Positions 44,201-56,326 of a stretch of DNA of 64,000 bases are shown in pieces; positions within the stretch are counted from its first letter, which is position 1, and the number at the start of each line of letters is the position of its first letter. Source of the stretch: Bugula neritina (Eukaryota > Animalia > Bryozoa). A program made the position numbers and the translations under genes. The stretch is from the NCBI GenBank assembly GCA_964035545.1, contig CAXIUT010000103.1:674001-738000 (forward strand). The letters run 5' to 3'. Below the pieces are notes generated by a model, which saw only the letters and a list, made by a program, of their open reading frames with translations, did no database searches and was not told the origin of the DNA.

Positions 44201-47200
44201 ACCAGTTGCAAGATAGGTGTGTTGGGAGTTATCTTTTCCAAAATTTTGTTCTTTGTGTTTATACGAAGCAGACACAGGCTAATATTAGTTTTGTTATTTG
44301 TAAGAGTTTTTCTGTCTGATTGTCCATCAGCAAAAGTTTGGCCTTGCAGTTATTATGGAAATACCAGTGATGCTGGAAGACCTTTGCATTGTACACCCGC
44401 TTTTACTATTGAATTTAGATGTTTTATTTTCCCATCCCCTCTCCTGCCCCCCCTGTCCCCTCTAACAACCAGCAATCCTGACTCATGTGAATTGTGTTAT
44501 TGTTCTAGAGTTGGCCCATGGGCCTACAGTATACGATTTGAAGCTTTATAGTTTACAGGCAGTATAGATGAGTCGCTGCTAAAACCCATTTTGTTAGTAG
44601 ACTATATTGCTCTTCAATCATCAGTTTTCATATTAAAAGAGAAAGCTCATCTGCAGCGCCATTTCACAGTGTTTTATTTTGCTAGAGCAATAACTAATTT
44701 TAGATGCCTTTGCAAACATATGAGAAATAAATGAGTGATTCTATGAAAAGAGGTGTTTGCAGCAATTGTCCACTTTTGATTTACAAGCGGCATGGAAACT
44801 TTTGTAGTTTTAAATAATATCTCCAAACTCATCACTTGCATGTGTTTATAGACTTGATAAATTTTTTTATGCAAAACTTGATGCCTGCTTCAAAGACACC
44901 AGTGCTTAATTACTGTGTTAACTGTATTGGCACGTTGCCATGAGATATTTGCTAATATTTCGCATCACAACAAACTCTTCAGAAAGTTAAGAAAATCAGT
45001 CTAGAAAGTTAATGAAATAAACCTACCAGAAAGAGTAAGCCAGATGTAACAAGTAGATCCAAAACAAGTTGATTAACAATTGAAGTTGAAATCTCCATGT
45101 AGTCAACACTTTAGTCCTAATGTCAAATGCAAACGTCTGCAATCAAACTGTGTAGACTTCATGAGCTGGTTAGCTGAAAGGACTCATTAAAGTTCTTAAC
45201 TCTTGTGTGTATAGTGATGCCCATCTTGAACTAGAGAGGGCTGACTGAAGACTGCTACTTTGTGAAAATTGACAATGCATATTATTATTATTCATTGTTG
45301 AGATTCACGACTGCCATAAACAATGATAAAATATTCATTGTTGGTTTACTGAGTAGAATAAAATATAATATAATATTATTTTCTGGACAAATAAATAATA
45401 TCAAATGCATATTATAACTTACCATAAATCTACAGTGCTTCACATCTTCACTTTTTTCTGCAATGTTATTTCTTTGCAGTTAGAAGTACTAGTTGAAAAT
45501 ATGACTATGAAACATAACCCTTCAATTTCATTGCACCAGCACCAGTTGCAAGATAGGTGTGTTGGGAGTTATCTTTCCCAAAATTTTGTTCTTGGTGTTT
45601 ATACGAAGCAGACACAGGCTAATATTAGTTTTGTTATTTGTAAGAGTTTTTCTGTCTGATTGTCCATCAGCAAAAGTTTGGCCTTGCAGTTATTATGGAA
45701 ATACCAGTGATGCTGGAAGACCTTTGCATTGTACACCCGCTTTTACTATTGAATTTAGATGTTTTATTTTCCCATCCCCTCTCCTGCCCCCCCTGTCCCC
45801 TCTAACAACCAGCAATCCTGACTCATGTGAATTGTGTTATTGTTCTAGAGTTGGCCCATGGGCCTACAGTATACGATTTGAAGCTTTATAGTTTACAGGC
45901 AGTGGAGATGAGTCACTGCTAAAACCCATTTTGTTAGTAGACTATATTGCTCTTCAATCATCAGTTTTCATATTAAAAGAGAAAGCTCATCTGCAGCGCC
46001 ATTTCACAGTGTTTTATTTTGCTAGAGCAATAAATAATTTTAGATGCCTTTGCAAACATATGAGAAATAAATGAGTGATTCTATGAAAAGAGGTGTTTGC
46101 AGCAATTGTCCACTTTTGATTTACAAGCGGCATGGAAACTTTTGTAGTTTTAAATAATATCTCCAAACTCATCACTTGCATGTGTTTATAGACTTGATAA
46201 ATTTTTTTATGCAAAACTTGATGCCTGCTTCAAAGACACCAGTGCTTAATTACTGTGTTAACTGTATTGGCACGTTGCCATGAGATATTTGGTAATATTT
46301 CGCATCACAACAAACTCTTCAGAAAGTTAAGAAAATCAGTCTAGAATGTTAATGAAATAAACCTACCAGAAAGAGTAAGCCAGATGTAACAAGTAGATCC
46401 AAAACAAGTTGATTAACAATTGAAGTTGAAATCTCCATGTAGTCAACACTTTAGTCCTAATGTCAAATGCAAACGTCTGCAATCAAACTGTGTAGACTTC
46501 ATGAGCTGGTTAGCTGAAAGGACTCATTAAAGTTCTTAACTCTTGTGTGTATAGTGATGCCCATCTTGAACTAGAGAGGGCTGACTGAAGACTGCTACAT
46601 TGTGAAAATTGACAATGCATATTATTATTATTCATTGTTGAGATTCACGACTGCCATAAACAATGATAAAATATTCATTGTTGGTACTACTGAGTAGAAT
46701 AAAATATAATATAATATTATTTTCTGGACAAATAAATAATATCAAATGCATATTATAACTTACCATAAATCTACAGTGCTTCACATCTTCACTTTTTTCT
46801 GCAATGTTATTTCTTTGCAGTTAGAAGTACTAGTTGAAAATATGACTATGAAACATAACCCTTCAATTTCATTGCACCAGCACCAGTTGCAAGATAGGTG
46901 TGTTGGGCGTTATCTTTTCCAAAATTTTGTTCTTTGTGTTTATACGAAGCAGACACAGGCTAATATTAGTTTTGTTATTTGTAAGAGTTTTTCTGTCTGA
47001 TTGTCCATCAGCAAAAGTTTGGCCTTGCAGTTATTATGGAAATACCAGTGATGCTGGAAGACCTTTGCATTGTACACCCGCTTTTACTATTGAATTTAGA
47101 TGTTTTATTTTCCCATCCCCTCTCCTGCCCCCCCTGTCCCCTCTAACAACCAGCAATCCTGACTCATGTGAATTGTGTTATTGTTCTAGAGTTGGCCCAT

Positions 47201-50200
47201 GGGCCTACAGTATACGATTTGAAGCTTTATAGTTTACAGGCAGTGGAGATGAGTCACTGCTAAAACCCATTTTGTTAGTAGACTATATTGCTCTTCAATC
47301 ATCAGTTTTCATATTAAAAGAGAAAGCTCATCTGCAGCGCCATTTCACAGTGTTTTATTTTGCTAGAGCAATAACTAATTTTAGATGCCTTTGCAAACAT
47401 ATGAGAAATAAATGAGTGATTCTATGAAAAGAGGTGTTTGCAGCAATTGTCCACTTTTGATTTACAAGCGGCATGGAAACTTTTGTAGTTTTAAATAATA
47501 TCTCCAAACTCATCACTTGCATGTGTTTATAGACTTGATAAATTTTTTTATGCAAAACTTGATGCCTGCTTCAAAGACACCAGTGCTTAATTACTGTGTT
47601 AACTGTATTGGCACGTTGCCATGAGATATTTGGTAATATTTCGCATCACAACAAACTCTTCAGAAAGTTAAGAAAATCAGTCTAGAATGTTAATGAAATA
47701 AACCTACCAGAAAGAGTAAGCCAGATGTAACAAGTAGATCCAAAACAAGTTGATTAACAATTGAAGTTGAAATCTCCATGTAGTCAACACTTTAGTCCTA
47801 ATGTCAAATGCAAACGTCTGCAATCAAACTGTGTAGACTTCATGAGCTGGTTAGCTGAAAGGACTCATTAAAGTTCTTAACTCTTGTGTGTATAGTGATG
47901 CCCATCTTGAACTAGAGAGGGCTGACTGAAGACTGCTACATTGTGAAAATTGACAATGCATATTATTATTATTCATTGTTGAGATTCACGACTGCCATAA
48001 ACAATGATAAAATATTCATTGTTGGTACTACTGAGTAGAATAAAATATAATATAATATTATTTTCTGGACAAATAAATAATATCAAATGCATATTATAAC
48101 TTACCATAAATCTACAGTGCTTCACATCTTCACTTTTTTCTGCAATGTTATTTCTTTGCAGTTAGAAGTACTAGTTGAAAATATGACTATGAAACATAAC
48201 CCTTCAATTTCATTGCACCAGCACCAGTTGCAAGATAGGTGTGTTGGGAGTTATCTTTTCCAAAATTTTGTTCTTTGTGTTTATACGAAGCAGACACAGG
48301 CTAATATTAGTTTTGTTATTTGTAAGAGTTTTTCTGTCTGATTGTCCATCAGCAAAAGTTTGGCCTTGCAGTTATTATGGAAATACCAGTGATGCTGGAA
48401 GACCTTTGCATTGTACACCCGCTTTTACTATTGAATTTAGATGTTTTATTTTCCCATCCCCTCTCCTGCCCCCCCTGTCCCCTCTAACAACCAGCAATCC
48501 TGACTCATGTGAATTGTGTTATTGTTCTAGAGTTGGCCCATGGGCCTACAGTATACGATTTGAAGCTTTATAGTTTACAGGCAGTGGAGATGAGTCGCTG
48601 CTAAAACCCATTTTGTTAGTAGACTATATTGCTCTTCAATCATCAGTTTTCATATTAAAAGAGAAAGCTCATCTGCAGCGCCATTTCACAGTGTTTTATT
48701 TTGCTAGAGCAATAACTAATTTTAGATGCCTTTGCAAACATATGAGAAATAAATGAGTGATTCTATGAAAAGAGGTGTTTGCAGCAATTGTCCACTTTTG
48801 ATTTACAAGCGGCATGGAAACTTTTGTAGTTTTAAATAATATCTCCAAACTCATCACTTGCATGTGTTTATAGACTTGATAAATTTTTTTATGCAAAACT
48901 TGATGCCTGCTTCAAAGACACCAGTGCTTAATTACTGTGTTAACTGTATTGGCACGTTGCCATGAGATATTTGGTAATATTTCGCATCACAACAAACTCT
49001 TCAGAAAGTTAAGAAAATCAGTCTAGAATGTTAATGAAATAAACCTACCAGAAAGAGTAAGCCAGATGTAACAAGTAGATCCAAAACAAGTTGATTAACA
49101 ATTGAAGTTGAAATCTCCATGTAGTCAACACTTTAGTCCTAATGTCAAATGCAAACGTCTGCAATCAAACTGTGTAGACTTCATGAGCTGGTTAGCTGAA
49201 AGGACTCATTAAAGTTCTTAACTCTTGTGTGTATAGTGATGCCCATCTTGAACTAGAGAGGGCTGACTGAAGACTGCTACTTTGTGAAAATTGACAATGC
49301 ATATTATTATTATTCATTGTTGAGATTCACGACTGCCATAAACAATGATAAAATATTCATTGTTGGTAGTACTGAGTAGAATAAAATATAATATAATATT
49401 ATTTTCTGGACAAATAAATAATATCAAATGCATATTATAACTTACCATAAATCTACTGTGCTTCACATCTTCACCTTTTTCTGCAATGTTATTTCTTTGC
49501 AGTTAGAAGCACTAGTTGAAAATATGACTATGAAACATAACCCTTCAATTTCATTGCACCAGCACCAGTTGCAAGATAGGTGTGTTGGGAGTTATCTTTC
49601 CCAAAATTTTGTTCTTGGTGTTTATACGAAGCAGACACAGGCTAATATTAGTTTTGTTATTTGTAAGAGTTTTTCTGTCTGATTGTCCATCAGCAAAAGT
49701 TTGGCCTTGCAGTTATTATGGAAATACCAGTGATGCTGGAAGACCTTTGCATTGTACACCCGCTTTTACTATTGAATTTAGATGTTTTATTTTCCCATCC
49801 CCTCTCCTGCCCCCCCTGTCCCCTCTAACAACCAGCAATCCTGACTCATGTGAATTGTGTTATTGTTCTAGAGTTGGCCCATGGGCCTACAGTATACGAT
49901 TTGAAGCTTTATAGTTTACAGGCAGTGGAGATGAGTCGCTGCTAAAACCCATTTTGTTAGTAGACTATATTGCTCTTCAATCATCAGTTTTCATATTAAA
50001 AGAGAAAGCTCATCTGCAGCGCCATTTCACAGTGTTTTATTTTGCTAGAGCAATAACTAATTTTAGATGCCTTTGCAAACATATGAGAAATAAATGAGTG
50101 ATTCTATGAAAAGAGGTGTTTGCAGCAATTGTCCACTTTTGATTTACAAGCGGCATGGAAACTTTTGTAGTTTTAAATAATATCTCCAAACTCATCACTT

Positions 50201-52170
50201 GCATGTGTTTATAGACTTGATAAATTTTTTTATGCAAAACTTGATGCCTGCTTCAAAGACACCAGTGCTTAATTACTGTGTTAACTGTATTGGCACGTTG
50301 CCATGAGATATTTGGTAATATTTCGCATCACAACAAACTCTTCAGAAAGTTAAGAAAATCAGTCTAGAAAGTTAATGAAATAAACCTACCAGAAAGAGTA
50401 AGCCAGATGTAACACGTAGATCCAAAACAAGTTGATTAACAATTGAAGTTGAAATCTCCATGTAGTCAACACTTTAGTCCTAATGTCAAATGCAAACGTC
50501 TGCAATCAAACTGTGTAGACTTCATGAGCTGGTTAGCTGAAAGGACTCATTAAAGTTCTTAACTCTTGTGTGTATAGTGATGCCCATCTTGAACTAGAGA
50601 GGGCTGACTGAAGACTGCTAATTTGTGAAAATTGACAATGCATATTATTATTATTCATTGTTGAGATTCACGACTGCCATAAACAATGATAAAATATTCA
50701 TTGTTGGTACTACTGAGTAGAATAAAATATAATATAATATTATTTTCTGGACAAATAAATAATATCAAATGCATATTATAATTTACCATAAATCTACAGT
50801 GCTTCACATCTTCACTTTTTTCTGCAATGTTATTTCTTTGCAGTTAGAAGTACTAGTTGAAAATATGACTATGAAACATAACCCTTCAATTTCATTGCAC
50901 CAGCACCAGTTGCAAGATAGGTGTGTTGGGAGTTATCTTTCCCAAAATTTTGTTCTTTGTGTTTATACGAAGCAGACACAGGCTAATATTAGTTTTGTTA
51001 TTTGCAAGAGTTTTTCTGTCTGATTGTCCATCAGCAAAAGTTTGGCCTTGCAGTTATTATGGAAATACCAGTGATGCTGGAAGACCTTTGCATTGTACAC
51101 CCGCTTTTACTATTGAATTTAGATGTTTTATTTTCCCATCCCCTCTCCTGCCCCCCCTGTCCCCTCTAACAACCAGCAATCCTGACTCATGTGAATTGTG
51201 TTATTGTTCTAGAGTTGGCCCATGGGCCTACAGTATATGATTTGAAGCTTTATAGTTTACAGGCAGTGGAGATGAGTCACTGCTAAAACCCATTTTGTTA
51301 GTAGACTATATTGCTCTTCAATCATCAGTTTTCATATTAAAAGAGAAAGCTCATCTGCAGCGCCATTTCACAGTGTTTTGTTTTGCTAGAGCAATAACTA
51401 ATTTTAGATGCCTTTGCAAACATATGAGAAATAAATGAGTGATTCTATGAAAAGAGGTGTTTGCAGCAATTGTCCACTTTTGATTTACAAGCGGCATGGA
51501 AACTTTTGTAGTTTTAAATAATATCTCCAAACTCATCACTTGCATGTGTTTATAGACTTGATAAATTTTTTTATGCAAAACTTGATGCCTGCTTCAAAGA
51601 CACCAGTGCTTAATTACTGTGTTAACTGTATTGGCACGTTGCCATGAGATATTTGGTAATATTTCGCATCACAACAAACTCTTCAGAAAGTTAAGAAAAT
51701 CAGTCTAGAAAGTTAATGAAATAAACCTACCAGAAAGAGTAAGCCAGATGTAACAAGTAGATCCAAAACAAGTTGATTAACAATTGAAGTTGAAATCTCC
51801 ATGTAGTCAACACTTTAGTCCTAATGTCAAATGCAAACGTCTGCAACCAAACTGTGTAGACTTCATGAGCTGGTTAGCTGACAGGACTCATTAAAGTTTG
51901 TTTCTGCTTACTCCACAAAGTGGGCTCAAAGAACTTTTAGATTGTTGATATAAAATTCAAGTGTCTAGTAGGTTGTAAGTGGCATCACTAGGCAATTGAT
52001 CTGTTTGATTGTTCTGAATGTTAACTTGGTGCACCACTCAGGGAAAACCACAGATAGAGAAGTAGAGTCCAATGTAACAAATACAGCTCTCCAAATATGA
52101 TTCATCAATTTATCTCTATAATTTCAGTGCAGAATATTACAAAAGTAAGCAATTCACTGTTTTCTAATTT

Positions 52171-52225
52171 TAAATTAGTTGCACAATGAATTTAAATTAA
52201 TTGCATAATGAATTTAAATTAAATG
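52171..52225. repeat. 22-bp tandem duplication (~2.5 copies)
   Basis: TAAATTAGTTGCACAATGAATT / TAAATTAATTGCATAATGAATT / TAAATTAAATG. Confidence 0.8.
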
Positions 52226-53262
52226 ACATCTTCGTAGTCAACTTTTCATACAGCATTTCCAAAAAAAGTTCGATGTAAACAAACACTGGTAATTAATAAA
52301 CATTAAGGAACAAATGTTATTCAAAAGAAAAGCCATAATGGAATAGGCTAATTTTATCAAGTTTTGGGTTCTAAATAAGTGAAAAATAGCATTTGTTTCC
52401 CCAAAGTGCCTAAAAAGCTATTTATAGCAAATCTTGTGTTAAGTCAAAGATGTAAATCCCCAGTGTTTCATTTAACCTCATCTCCAAACATGACATATCT
52501 AAGGAACTGCTATGTCGCAAATCTCAAAAACTTTTTTTTTGTTTTCAATATCTGAGATAAATAAAACTGTGCAACTTGAACAGGTTGTTCATATAACGGT
52601 TGGTTGCAGTAATCCTGATACTCTTTGCCAAAATAGTGCTGTGACACACAATATTCTATTTGTAATTTTGAAACAATAAATTTGAATAATTAATTCAACG
52701 GATGTAAGTGATATATTACTTAATTAATCATTTCTGAACAGAGTTTTTCATTATTTTGTTGATTTATTTTTGGCAGTAATACAGTTTAAGTTAGATTGTT
52801 TACTGACAATCACCGAAGACTCTAGTTTTGTTACAATACACCAGTTGGTAGCTACAAGGTCACTGCAGTGCATATTGTAGGTGGCGCTGTTTTTCATACT
52901 TAGTTACATTTAAATGAAAATATATTTCAACCTGCAACACCTCTACAAACTAGATTGCTGTTATAGATTAATGCTGTGTGCCTGAGCATATATTTCCATA
53001 AAGGAAAAAAAATTAATCTCCTCGTAACAGACTACTGTCTTCCATTTCATCACCTTTTGGTCAGGTTACTTTGCATGTCTTACCGTTTTTATTACTTAGT
53101 AATTTATAATGTTTTCATAAAAAAATTACAGCATTGAAGGTCTGAAACTTTGGGTTGCAAAATATACAGTTTAGGAGCATTAAATCGACTGATAAATAAA
53201 TAACTTGAGCTTACAATTTAGCAACTACAGCTTGCTCCCCTCACTATTTCAAGTGAGCTCTG

Positions 53263-53281
53263 CCCCCCCCCCCCCCCCCCC
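53263..53281. repeat. Poly-C homopolymer (19 nt)
   Basis: Directly visible. Confidence 0.95.
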
Positions 53282-55016
53282 AGTTGACACTAGTAGCTTT
53301 GATCAACATGTTGGCAATACAACTTAAGTAGAATCTGTTACCACTTTGCTCTTTCCCCCACATATCTGAGCATCTTATTCGTTCACCATGCTATATGACC
53401 AACTATTTGGATTTAAGGATAAAATATAAAATAAACAAAATGTTGGTATCCACTCCTTCCCCCCAGTGTCATCAGACTAATCCCACATAATGATAGATAG
53501 AGCACCGCTAAGTAATTAAAATTAGTTTGTCAACTGTATTGGGACTAGCATGTAATATTTATTTGAAATTATTTATTTCATCATAATAGGGCATAAAAGG
53601 TTAAAATTTTATCACGATGTAGCAAAGGTTCAGCAATGTTTGTTTGTTATGGCTTTGAATGTAAGTATAATGGAAAAGAGGTCACCCATTATTGACAGAT
53701 TTGTATAATGTTACACACCTTTCAACACTAGCCTCACACATCTAAATGATTATCTTGAAGATTAACAATCAAACTGAGGGAAAATACTTTATTCAAAGAT
53801 AAGGGAAACCACCATACAACATGTGAGGAAGTGTAAAACAACTAGTAAACAACAACAATGTGGTGGATACACTGGCCTATTTGTGTGTGTATTAATAATC
53901 ACTATGATTTATATCAAAGCAGTTGATATTTTTGGGCCCAGCTTAATCAACAAATATTATTTGTGATAAGGAGAGGTCAGATTTTTTTCAAACTGTGATT
54001 GTATTAATTTATCAGTTGAATTTGTGTTAGACAAAAGGGCACACATCCCTGTTTGTCATCGAAAATGAAGATGGAGTGTGTTTGCATTCCGTGTTCTAAG
54101 ATATTATGTTGGCATGAATAACCAGTCACTAACTATGGTGACAACAAGGTGGATGTTTAGTTAAGATTAAAATAGTTTTGCTCTGCTCTTTCACACCATA
54201 ACACCAGCACAATATAAACTGACATATTCTGTAAATAAGTTATTATTGTTAATTTCAATACCTAATAATATAAACTGGTTATGGTATTTGTAAGATTAAT
54301 ATTTCAAATTGGTACAAAATACATATGTACTTGGAAATAAGGAATTTGAAAATGCTGTATAAATGTAAAGTGTAAATGTGTAATTGTATTTCAAAGTGTT
54401 TTTTAGCAAGAATGCATGAGCACCTAAATGGCAGGTCTAACAAACAATAAGTAGAAAAAAGTGACTTGTATATGTACAAGTTTACAATATAAAATATAAT
54501 TTGTATGTGTAATATAGACTTTTTTTTATAAAACTCTAAAAATAATATGGGACTTTCAACTGATGACGATAGTTGAAATAAACACTGCAAAGTCATGCCA
54601 TAGTGTGTGATATAATTTACAGGCTGCTTTGAAAAGGAAAATCATGTAATGCTTATTGTTACTGCAACAATAGGTTTCACGTAATGTGTTAACCCCGGAT
54701 TATGTGTCAAATAAAATACATTAGAAAGTATTCGTAAACATTTTTATTTGTACACATATTTACTGAAGCCATGAGCTGCATGTTTTTCTGTATTATAGCT
54801 CTTAGATATACAAGTGACATATTTTATTCATACCGACAAATTTTATTACGAAAACAGATCAAGAGCTTGCACGAGAAAGGACTTCATAGAAAATGGACTC
54901 ACCATATTTTGTAAACTTTTTATCATAACCATCAATTGACTGATGAACAGTTTTGATGTTAGAGTAACAAATAAGCAATTATAAAAGTGTTTCTTCTTTC
55001 CTCAAGACTGTGTAAA

Positions 55017-55020
55017 ATAT
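55017..55020. repeat. 5' target-site duplication ATAT
   Basis: ATAT immediately precedes the 5' LTR and is repeated at 62513-62516. Confidence 0.9.
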
Positions 55021-55328
55021 TGTGGTGGCTCGTGGAGCTACCAGCAGCACAGTATACAGGGTCGCGTAATTGACCCGGAACAATTGATAGCCAATTAGCG
55101 GTTTTGATAGTTAGCAGCAGTATTAGTTTTCCCGCTGTTAGTTAGTCGAAGTTAGAGTGCTGAATAGTCTAGATGTGTGGATTGTCAAATGTATTTGTAT
55201 TGTTTTGTAATGTGTTATTGTGTTTGAAATATATATACTCGTTCACTCGACTTATCCTGGTGCAGTTCTATAGTAAGTAATTAGACTCTCTGGATAGCCT
55301 ATCAACCCTAATTCTGAAAATCATAACA
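55021..55328 (+). repeat. 5' LTR (308 bp)
   Basis: TGTGGTGGCT...TCATAACA; differs from the 3' LTR at 3 positions (55081, 55126, 55201). Confidence 0.97.
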
Positions 55329-55329
55329 G

Positions 55330-55347
55330 TGGTGGCAGCGGTGGGAT
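55330..55347 (+). promoter_or_regulatory. Primer-binding site complementary to tRNA-Leu
   Basis: TGGTGGCAGCGGTGGGAT, 1 nt after the LTR, is the reverse complement of ATCCCACCGCTGCCACCA, the 3' end of animal tRNA-Leu(AAG/TAG) as I recall it. Confidence 0.88.
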
Positions 55348-55359
55348 AGTGCATCCAAG

Positions 55360-56313
55360 ATGGAGACTGAAAATGCTGGAACGCAACCACCGGCAGTAGA
55401 AGGTGAGCGTAGAGACAATGCTGTAGAGACAATGCCTGTTAACCATGTAGTAGAAGAGCGAAGGGTTCCGCGAGAACTAATTGAAGACCGCTACCGGTTA
55501 AAGGCGCCCACCTTCACGGGCGAAGAGGAGGTGGAGCAGTTCATCCAAGAGTTTAGCGACGTAATGGACGTCGCCCAGTGGCCCCCTAGGGTGGCCCTGC
55601 TGAAGCTTAGAATGGCATTGATGGACAAAGCCAAGCCTTATGGGCTGGGCGTAGACATTGATAATATCTTTGCTTCTCTGCGGGCCCGCTTCGGCCTCTC
55701 TGCTACAGATGCCCGGGCCCGATTGCAGAGGTTGCGGCGTGATCCCCGCACCCCGCTGCGGGAACATGCCGCCGCGGTTATGAAGCTGGCACAGATCGCA
55801 TACAGCGACTTGCCCCCAGTCAACCGCGTAAGGTATACCCTCGACGCTTTCATAGCATCTGTCGACAATCTGGGTCTCCACCACCAATTTCTAGCTAGGG
55901 GAGTCACCACCGTTGAAGACGCTCTGACAGAGGGGGAAGCTTACCTCCTAGCAAATCAAATGCATAAAAGTCGCCGGAGCTCCCGTCAAGTGGAGGTAGA
56001 CCGCGCGGACACGGCAGCGGGATGAGAGGAGGAAACCTCCGCCGCGGCTGCCGTGGCTCAGTTAGCGACAGCATCGAAAGTCACTCAACTGACAGACATG
56101 CTGGCTAAACTGATAGCAACACTGACACCACAAACCCCTGTAGGCACCGCCGCTGAGCCCGTACGGCCACCGGCGCTGCCACCGGGAGAAACGGTCGGTT
56201 TTTACTGGGAATGCGGAAATCAAGGACATTTTCGCAGGTACTGTCCCTTCCTAATTGCAAGGTTAAACTACCGCGGCCCGCAGATGTTCCCACCTCCTGC
56301 GGGCCGACGATGA
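55360..56313 (+). pseudogene. gag: Gag (capsid-like region plus degenerate CCHC knuckle), one in-frame stop
   Basis: ORFs 55360-56025 and 56053-56313 share a frame and are separated by TGA at 56023-56025. APTFTGEEEVEQFIQEF is typical of Gypsy gag. The knuckle YWECGNQGHFRRYC has Tyr (TAC, 56203) in place of the first Cys. Confidence 0.9.
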
Positions 56314-56326
56314 AACCTCCAGGGAA
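56262..56326 (+). promoter_or_regulatory. -1 programmed ribosomal frameshift signal (G TTA AAC plus stem-loop/pseudoknot)
   Basis: Heptamer lies in the gag frame and pol is in the -1 frame. A 5-nt spacer is followed by a perfect 10-bp stem CGGCCCGCAG/CTGCGGGCCG (56274-56283/56297-56306); loop TTCCC can pair with GGGAA at 56322-56326. Confidence 0.8.

Larger units (their letters stand above)
1..51898. repeat. Tandem array (macrosatellite) of a 1341-bp unit, ~38.7 copies in window, truncated at the left edge
   Basis: ORF track and sequence recur every 1341 bp (1340 bp for six units with 1-bp deletions). Identity to the unit stops after ...GGACTCATTAAAGTT at 51898, which equals unit position 946 (946+38x1341-6=51898). 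Confidence 0.99.

Noticed and set aside
7-51578. Repeated 84-, 110- and 66-aa ORFs as a tandem gene family
   Set aside because: No recognisable domains; two of them overlap in different frames; some start at non-ATG codons; and they are broken by stops in some copies (6594, 8154, 51238). They recur only because the DNA is repeated.
1-51898. CRISPR array or other repeat-spacer system
   Set aside because: Entire units are near-identical with no unique spacers, and there are no cas genes.
52128-52144. Plus-strand micro-exon (TTTCAG|TGCAGAATATTACAAAA|GTAAGC)
   Set aside because: Plausible splice sites but only 12-17 nt with no independent support.
54279-54596. 105-aa minus-strand ORF
   Set aside because: Composition dominated by I/L/F/Y/K from AT-rich codons; no domain or splice support.
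56023-56025. gag TGA as a programmed readthrough site
   Set aside because: It lies inside gag upstream of the knuckle, looks like CGA>TGA decay, and a separate -1 frameshift signal already explains pol expression.
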